From positions 3,100,001-3,164,000 of the forward strand of contig CM102290.1 in NCBI GenBank assembly GCA_046563655.1: a DNA stretch of 64,000 nucleotides, read 5' to 3'. Positions 56,607-64,000 of the stretch are shown in pieces (positions within the stretch are counted from its first letter, which is position 1; every line of letters starts with the position of its first letter). Both the position numbers and the translations under genes were made by a program. The notes beneath the pieces were generated by a model. It did not search any database and was not told the DNA's origin. It saw only the letters and a list, made by a program, of their open reading frames with translations. This stretch comes from Yuukianura sp. NJ FZ-2021 (taxonomy: Eukaryota).

Positions 56607-58334
56607 TTTATTTGGCACGTCTCAGACCGTCTAAAAACGATTACCGGTGAGCCTGCGATTCCAATCCACACAATTTCCTGGAGTGGGCGAGGAAGTGTGA
56701 CAGTCAGTGCCAGTGGTCAAGTGACAGCGACATGCACAGGTTTCCAGAAATCCAGCTGATCATGTGACACACACTTAAAAGCAATCACTCTTTGTGGTTT
56801 TGGTGGGGGCGTGGGCATGAGGGCATGACATGAATTTTAGCTGAACAATAATATCAAGATTCAAGAAATGCCACATCAATTGACTAAATTAATTGAACAT
56901 CAATTTAAGTTCCGATTTCCGAATAATGCTCAATGCTAAATATGTTAATTAAAAAAACATTCGCTTTTACTGTCAAATGAAAAACTGGCATAAGCAGTAT
57001 GGAGGCAAATTTCGACCAAGAAATTTTTTGCCTATTTTTTCCATGAAGTTTTTAAAATGAATTAAAATCGTTCCATTTTTATTCTTTTTGGCGTAGGTAA
57101 TCAATAACACTTTAGTCCTTCAAGTATGAGTGATTACTTTGGTCGTTTGCAAACGTTTGTAACGTTTATGTTTTATGGTTCAATGAACATAATTTTATAT
57201 TAAAGTAAACGTAGTGAGGAAATAGGTTAAGTTAGTTATTTCTACGAAATTTGCCAAGGAATGATTTTTCAATTTTTTAAAAAGCAACACCCTAATCTAA
57301 TTGTCAAGTATGAAATTGTAATTCGATAAAGTAGTATTGTACTCGAGTAAGAATTACGGAGGAGCTTGAATAACAAACATTAAATGCATACAATTCTCTA
57401 CAATCACTGAAATCCAAGGTAAACTGTTTCTGCATACACACACAAAAATCCAAAATTACAGAAATACAGCATCATTACATTTATGATTCGTTTGTAGTTG
57501 AAATTATAGCTTGTAGTTGAAGACAGACAAACATGACATCAGAAGAATTTAGCAGTAAACTTCACGCAATTTTATACGCATATTTTCCTTTCAAAACCAC
57601 AATAATGTTTTACATTCCCAAATTTCGTGTTTTGCAAAATGTCGTGTTGTCATTTTTTTTGTACAAAAAGTAAAAGAAAATCGCAAGTTGTAGTGACACG
57701 TTTTTGTCCAAAGTAATAATCGCATTAGGTTCGATTACCACAAGCTTTACTTTATGTTTTTTTATATTGTTAAAAAATAGTAATACAAAGTAGGTTTACA
57801 TGACTCGTGAAGCGAAGCGTCACAAAAGTTTAATGAAGTGAAGCAGAGCAAGTATTTTTTAAAGTTAGTGTCGCCATTGACAAAGAAATGTAACACGTAA
57901 CTCCTTAAATTGACCTCAGCGGAGTTATCTCTGTCACCAAAATGGCCTTAGCCTAAAAAAAACAATTTTTTTTTCTTAAAATAATTCAAATGTTAAACCC
58001 AAAGAACCTGCCACCATTTGCAACTGGGGTGGAGACACTTTTACTTTTAAGAATTGAAGGTGAGGTCAATCACCCAAGCCTAAACGCCATTAATCTCTTC
58101 CAACTTCCGCTGCTTGTCTCCATAACTGATTTTTAAAATAACGCGGGGCAAGGAAACGACAATTCCTGCTTTTCCGCTCGTTACGCAAGACACTTTTGAA
58201 CCTGTAGGTGCCATGTTTTAAAACTAACCTTCACGAAATGAGAAACAGCCATCTTGAATCCATCCCCTCCATTTCCTTTGGGGTACTTACAGTACCAGCT
58301 ATTCTGAGCTTTGTACTCACAAACTAAACGTAAC

Positions 58335-58371
58335 TATAAAAGTCAAACATTTAAAAATTGGGGCCACAGTT
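58335..58371 (+). promoter_or_regulatory. TATA box (TATAAAA) plus Inr-like ACAGTT of His/Gly-rich gene B
   Basis: Spacing of ~33 nt, as in paralog A, ~100 nt upstream of the ATG. Confidence 0.65.
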
Positions 58372-58466
58372 CCTCTTGACCCGCCAAATTTGTTAGGCTC
58401 AACTCCTGGTGACATCTGAAGTGAAATTTGACCTCAGCCGAAGTTACTTTGGATCAACCCAGAACT

Positions 58467-60527
58467 ATGGTGAATGTTTTGTTTTGGAGTTTAGTCTTCG
58501 GTGTGCTGTTAAATGTTAACCCGTTGACCTTTACCCTGGCTATTGACCCGCCAATTGAAACGCAGACACAGAGTTACGTTTTACTACAGAATGAAACCGT
58601 AGTATTCGACAGCGAAGATCCAGAAACGACCACGCCCGAAATTCTAAAGAGTGAAACGGATGACCCATCTGACCTCCGTGACCTCGAACGTGAAGAGCAC
58701 TCCGAAGATGACCATGAATCTAGTGAAGACGAACATGACAGTTCCAGTGAAGCAGCAGAAGCCGTACCTACCAAGAATGACGGTAATTCAGCCCTCAATG
58801 GCACTGACGACGCAGAGCCCTTAGCGCAGGGCACATCTTTAGCTGAAGTGATTTCACCACAATCAAAAGCTGTAGACTTGGCAGCAGAAGCGACTGGATA
58901 CGGCCACGGAGGCTATGGTGGCATTGGAAGTGACGGACAGTAAGTTCAAGACTTCATAGACTCATGCGCGGCAAGTTTAAGCTAAAATTTGAAATTTTTA
59001 GTTATGGCGGGCATGAAAAGGACGTCCACGGTGGAGGAAGTAACTATCACTCCAATCATCACGCTAATAAAGGTTTGTTAGGCATTTCACTGTGGCAAAT
59101 TCTAAATTGAAAATAATTTTTATGAATGTAATAATTCGTTTGTTTTGTTAAGGGTACAAGGGGAATCAAGGACACCACAATTCTGCTGGACACAATTCAG
59201 GTCGCAGTGGACACTATAATAAAGTAATACAATTTCGCACCTTAAACAAACTGCACTAAACTAATGAATGTTTTAAAATTATTTTATATTTTTTGTTAAA
59301 GGCGCATAAGAAAGGAAGTCATGGAAGTAACAAAGCGTACAATTCTGGACACAAGTCTGGAGCACAAAAGTATGGTGGAAATCATCATGGGGCCAAAGGT
59401 CAACCAAGAAGAATTTGTGTAAACATATAAATTAAAGTATAAACTTTGTATTATCATGTTTGCAGGATCCAAACATGCAACGTACGGAAGGAAAGGTCAC
59501 CAGCGTAAAGGTCACACAACGAAAGGGTAGATAAAGCAAGCAAGAACCAAAAAATAGCAAAATAGTGTAAAAGTTTTTACAAATGTTTAATTGTTCAACA
59601 GGTTCCACAATACCTACCACAAGGTAAAGGTCAAAGGTCAAATAGGATTTTCCATCTTTTGAAAAGCAAAAGCATTATGTTAAAAAATATTTAGGACGAG
59701 TATAGCAAGCAACATCAATTCTACGACGAGGATCACTCCGGTAAATAACGCTTTTATATTTTATATTCATATATATTTTACAATAAATATTTTTGCTAGT
59801 TGAGGAAATATACTAAATTTTCAAGTTTTATATTTTGGCACTCAGATGGCCATCATGCAAATCATGGAAATCACGGACAAACACACAACCAGCACCATGG
59901 AAATCAGTATCACGGGGGTCATCATAATGCTGGGTAATGTAATGAGGCTAAGCTTGACCTCTGACCTCTGGGGGACACTTTGACCTTAACATTTCGTTTT
60001 TCGTAACATATTTGTCTTTTTAGCCATAACAATCATCACCATAACCAATATGGACACCATTTGAACGGCCACCACGATCAAGGTAACACATAAAACAAAT
60101 CTATACTAGAAATCTAAATTTTAAATTTGTATTTTAGCGGACAAAGGCCACTACTCCAATCACGGGCAAAAAGGTGCAGCATTTTTTTTGTCAATTCTCA
60201 ACAGCGCTAAACTTCAAAACAATTTTTATGTAAAATTTTTTGTTGTAGGGCATCATGGACACCACAGTAATCATGGAAGTCAAGTAAAGTCAAACCTGTG
60301 TCCAAAATTGAAAAAAAATACAAAGTTTTTAAGGAATATTTAATTTTCAAAATTTGCAGGGAGGTAACCATTACCACAGTGGGCATCAGAAAGAATTGCA
60401 TGGACAAGGTCACGGAGGTCACGGATATGGACATGCAGGTCACGGAGGTCACGGATATGGACACGCGGGTCACGGAGGTCACGGATATGGTGGTCAAGGT
60501 TATGGCCACGGCGGTGGTGAATATTGA
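58467..60527 (+). CDS. Secreted His/Gly-rich protein B (DUF4779-like core), paralog of A, 12 coding exons
   Basis: Signal peptide MVNVLFWSLVFGVLL..., acidic tract, DLAAEATGYGHGG, core GHTTKGFHNTYHKDEYSKQHQFYDEDHSD, (GHGGHGYGHA) repeats, ends GGEY* TGA TAG. AATAAA at ~60698. All introns are GT-AG and in frame. Confidence 0.85.
60408..60490 (+). repeat. 30-bp coding tandem repeat (GHGGHGYGHA, ~3 copies)
   Basis: GGTCACGGAGGTCACGGATATGG recurs every 30 nt. Confidence 0.85.
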
Positions 60528-60876
60528 TAGTGGCCCTGAGGCTATCCAAAATTCTCCATTAATGTTATTTTTGACAATAGACGACGAGGAAAGGCTAAAG
60601 TCATTTTCCATGGATCTTTGCAGTAATTTAACATTTCTGTAAATCTTTAAAGTTAACACTTCCCTTAAACTCTCATTTTTTTACCGAAATGTTTTTGAAT
60701 AAAATGAAGCTTTGAAGCCCACGTAAATCATAAATCCAAAAAAAAATCTGAGGCATTTTTGTCTCTTGAAGGTGTCAAGCCCAGAATCAACTTTCATTTT
60801 GACTAATTGTTGTTCCATCACTAACTGTGATTAGTTTCGATTAATCAAGGTACAATGAAGTGAATTTTATTAAGTT

Positions 60877-63800
60877 TCACTCTTGATAGTTATAGTCCTC
60901 CGTGACAGAGTAATGGTGTCCACCATGGTAGTGGGGACTGTTCCTTGGGCAGTTGGTGCCCCTGCAGCGTCGACTTCGCTCCAACTTCGGTGAACATGGG
61001 TGACCACCATTTTCATTAAAAACCTATTTCAAAAAAAAATAAAAAAAAAATTTTTTTAGATTTAAAAAATGTGTACGTACTTCTATGTAGCGACTTCTAT
61101 ACTCCAAGCCCCATCCACAAGAGACGCTGCAGCTACTCCATGGGCTCCATGCACTTAGTTTGCAGTCCACTCTGGGTCCGTCGTCAATGTATGGTGGTTG
61201 GTAGGGGCGGGGGTTCACGTAAGTGTTAGCAGTGGGTGGGGGTGTTGGATACTGGTAGCGTTGGGGGTAGGTTTGTGTATGATGTTGGGGGTAAGTTTGT
61301 GTTTGCTGTTGGGGGTAAGTTTGTGTTTGATGTTGGGGGTAAGTTTGTGTTTGATGTTGCGGGTAAGTTTGTGTTTGATGTTGGGGGTAAGTTTGTGTAT
61401 GAGGTTGTGTGTCCAGTCGTGACATTCCAGAGTAGGACGATGTGCCTTGACGATATGGATCATGTCCAGAGTATTGATTGTAAGGCATCACTGCGTTGTC
61501 GTCAATTGGCCTTGAGTGGCTCGAATGTCGTCCTCGTGCCGGCATGTTACTCAAATTGTCTGAAAAAGAAATTACACAAAGTGAATCAGCTAAACAAAAC
61601 TTCGTCTGACTTTAACTTCGTTTTTTGATTTTGGAATAAACCGCAGTCACGGTAGAAGCTGTGCTAATGTGCAGCGAAAGCGCAAGCGTGCGTGGAAAAA
61701 TTATTTTCAAAAATGTTTGATACCACAGTCGAGTGACGTTTCGTCTGGTACGACGTAGGTAAAAGCACTGGAAATGACTACGCCGTACTTCGACTGAGCT
61801 TCACTACGCTCCTTAACCAGTGTAACTATTGTTAAAATCAAAAGCGTATCGGTCAAAAGGTCAAAAACTAGTTTAAATTGTTAAGTCAAAACCCTGCAAA
61901 CTGCTGCAAACTTGGTTACATTCCTGTTGGGTTCTAAAATTATTCCTGGTGGCTTTACATCCAGAGTAAGTGAACGGTTGACATCGGAGTTTGACCCGGT
62001 CAAAGTACCAACGACTCACTTTGTCTCTGCATCCTCCCGTATTTCTCGGTTCCAAACAATCGGCTGAATGTTATTTGTGTCAGTTTTGCCAAATAAGCGT
62101 TGGTTAGCAACAATTTTTCAAAAATTCTAAAATTAGGGACAGCCATAGAAGTTTTGTCAAGGAATGTCGCATACCTGTAGTTCTTTCTGGTGGGCAGTGC
62201 TGTTGAATTCCATCACAAGTCTCCGTTTGCTGCATTTCCAGCTTACATTGTCGATGGTCAAAGAGTGGAAACTTGTACAGCCTGTCCCGTGTCCTGATGC
62301 CCTTGCCACAAGTGACGGAGCAAGGACGCCAAGGGCCCCAATCTGTGACGTCACACCCTTCCCCTACTTCCTGAAACCACAAATTTTGTACTTTTGAGTC
62401 ATAAGGTATTATTAAGAGTCGATCTATAGAAGGTCAAAGGTCAAACCTTTGACGAAACGTCTTCAGGATCCCGACATTCTGGAGTTTTGGGACATCTCGA
62501 AGTATTTTTCAACTTGATATGCGTCTCACACTTGTGAATTTTGGCTTGCATGGGGCGTAGGAAACTTCTTGTTTGATGTCGGACCCCTTTGCCGCATGGA
62601 TCACTGCAGATTGACCAAGGTCGCCATTCAGTTGTTCCACAAACGTCATTTAGTGGATCTCCGAAACCGGGTTCTTCGGGTGGCTTCCGACCGGTATCCG
62701 GTACTCCTGGTACCGGTTGGCGGGGGCGTGGCTCGCGGTAGTAAGGACTCCTGTTGTCAACGTTGTAGACATTGAGTTGGTCGTATGGACTTTGTCGACC
62801 AGAGTCATCATAAGAGCTTTGACCGGAATAAGTCCCCCTGTACATAGAAACTTAAGATTAGCTTAGTTAGGATAAACAACTAGAAAGATTTAGACTTAGC
62901 GGTAAAATTCAGCCGTTAAGACCGAATTTCATACTTGCAAGGTCGTGGATTGTGACATGGTCGTTCAACGGTGTCTTGACGGTTACACTGAGCTTCCCTT
63001 GCGCGCACTTCATTTACATAGCGGCGTGTCTTTTTCTTTGTGCCTGTGCCGCAAGTTGGATTGCAAGGTGACCACTGTGACCAGGGGTACATGGCACATT
63101 CGGCTAAAACAAAAATAAAAAAATGAAAATTAATTAATACGCAGGGTTGTCAAAAATATGTGCTAAAAACTACCAAAATATGGACAAACAAAAATATTTG
63201 TTTAATCGCTCAAATATTTACTTATTTAAGATCAAGCGCAAATAAATAAATATTTAGCAACAAAAACCCGCAAATATTTTTTGCTAAAACTACGTAAATG
63301 AAGACTAAATATTTTTGGCATCCCTGCTAATAAGACACAACAGGACTACTTGTAACTACCGAGGTCTCTTACGTCTGTCTGTGTCCCTGTGTGGTGAATT
63401 CTCGTCGAATTCGTCATCTCCGTAGTCAGTGTGACCAAATGACCCGGTCGGATGAAATGTCTCTTCACATGCCCCGCGCTTGTAAGTTCTTTGTTGCTGA
63501 AGACGCAGAATCGCAAATGGTTTGAGTGCATTTCCATCAGGGTCGTAAAATGGTGAGTCGGGATTGCTGCTCCAAACAAGGCGCTGGATTTCAACTCTCG
63601 GAATTGTTGGTGAATCAGGATCCTAAATTTAGTTAAATAAAAAATTTCATAATTTAAAAAAAATCATAAAAGACGAACTGAAATTATTCCTACCGTGTAC
63701 GATGAACCGCTGTCCGTTCCAGCATCATTTGGATAAAGTTGAAGTACTTTCTCTGCCAACCAGCTTCCGTTTCTTCCACATAAGTTTACAGCCGAAACAC

Positions 63801-64000
63801 CAACGAACCAGTCGGGAGAAGGATCTGAATAGAAATTTAAAAATCATCACAATTTGTTAGAGGCGTTAATACGGAAATTTAGAAACCATAATTTTCGTTA
63901 CCAATTTTTGATACAAGGGAGATGAAATTATGGTTTTTGTCGGTTCTAAAAACAGCAAACGTTTTGAGTCCGTTAAAGTTGGTGTGTCGAAGTCCTCGAG
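60877..64000 (-). CDS. F-spondin / fat-spondin-like ECM protein, 3' portion: Spondin_N end, TSP1 repeats, Kunitz domain, low-complexity insert, final TSP1
   Basis: PSPDWFVGVS-like and DAGTDSG motifs of Spondin_N, WSPC/WRPWSIC/WGPWRPCSVTCGKG/WSPWSSCSVSCG TSRs, Kunitz GGCRDKVSRWYFD...FTYSGC...NNF...EC...C. The gene continues beyond the window end. Confidence 0.92.
61262..61405 (-). repeat. 24-bp coding tandem repeat, 6 copies, encoding TQTYPQ(H/Q)(Q/H)
   Basis: Plus-strand unit GGGGGTAAGTTTGTGTTTGATGTT repeated. In frame within the spondin exon. Confidence 0.92.
63142..63326. mobile_element. hAT-like MITE in a spondin intron
   Basis: TIRs CAGGGTTGTCAAAAATAT / ATATTTTTGGCATCCCTG (16/18 match). 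Flanks TTAATACG and CTAATAAG resemble a decayed 8-bp TSD. Confidence 0.6.

Noticed and set aside
61262..61405. CRISPR-like array, or an antisense array of GGTAAGT splice donors
   Set aside because: There are no unique spacers and the context is eukaryotic; it is an in-frame coding repeat, and the donor-like motif is simply the reverse complement of the T-Y-P codons.

Overview
Gene-dense, AT-rich eukaryotic DNA, most likely from an arthropod with a compact genome: most introns are 50-90 nt, and DRE and TCAGTT promoter motifs, a crimpled-type Ly6 gene, a Kunitz-containing F-spondin and DUF4779-like proteins are present. By hand-splicing I reconstruct 15 protein-coding genes: WASH1(-), GMPPB(-), MAPKAPK2(+), YRDC(-), POLR3K/RPC11(-, missed by the ORF track), SRPK(+), Mnx/HB9(+), SPATA5/AFG2(+), INF2/form3 formin(-), His/Gly-rich secreted protein A(-), RRP8(+), crimpled-like Ly6(+), CYB5R(-), His/Gly-rich protein B(+) and the 3' part of an F-spondin(-), plus several MITEs. 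The most interesting signals are: (1) a probable bicistronic POLR3K-YRDC unit, joining two tRNA-biogenesis genes through a 140-nt spacer that has an intron and no poly(A) signal; (2) a pair of micro-exon-built, TATA-driven, secreted His/Gly-rich paralogs with acidic pro-regions; (3) an excess of perfect AGGTCA IR1/DR1 nuclear-receptor elements, several inside those paralogs; (4) an obligatory weak GC-AG intron in the formin and a degenerate first AAA module in SPATA5. Gene identities come from recognising motifs by eye, not from database searches. Exon boundaries were read manually and may be off by a few nt.
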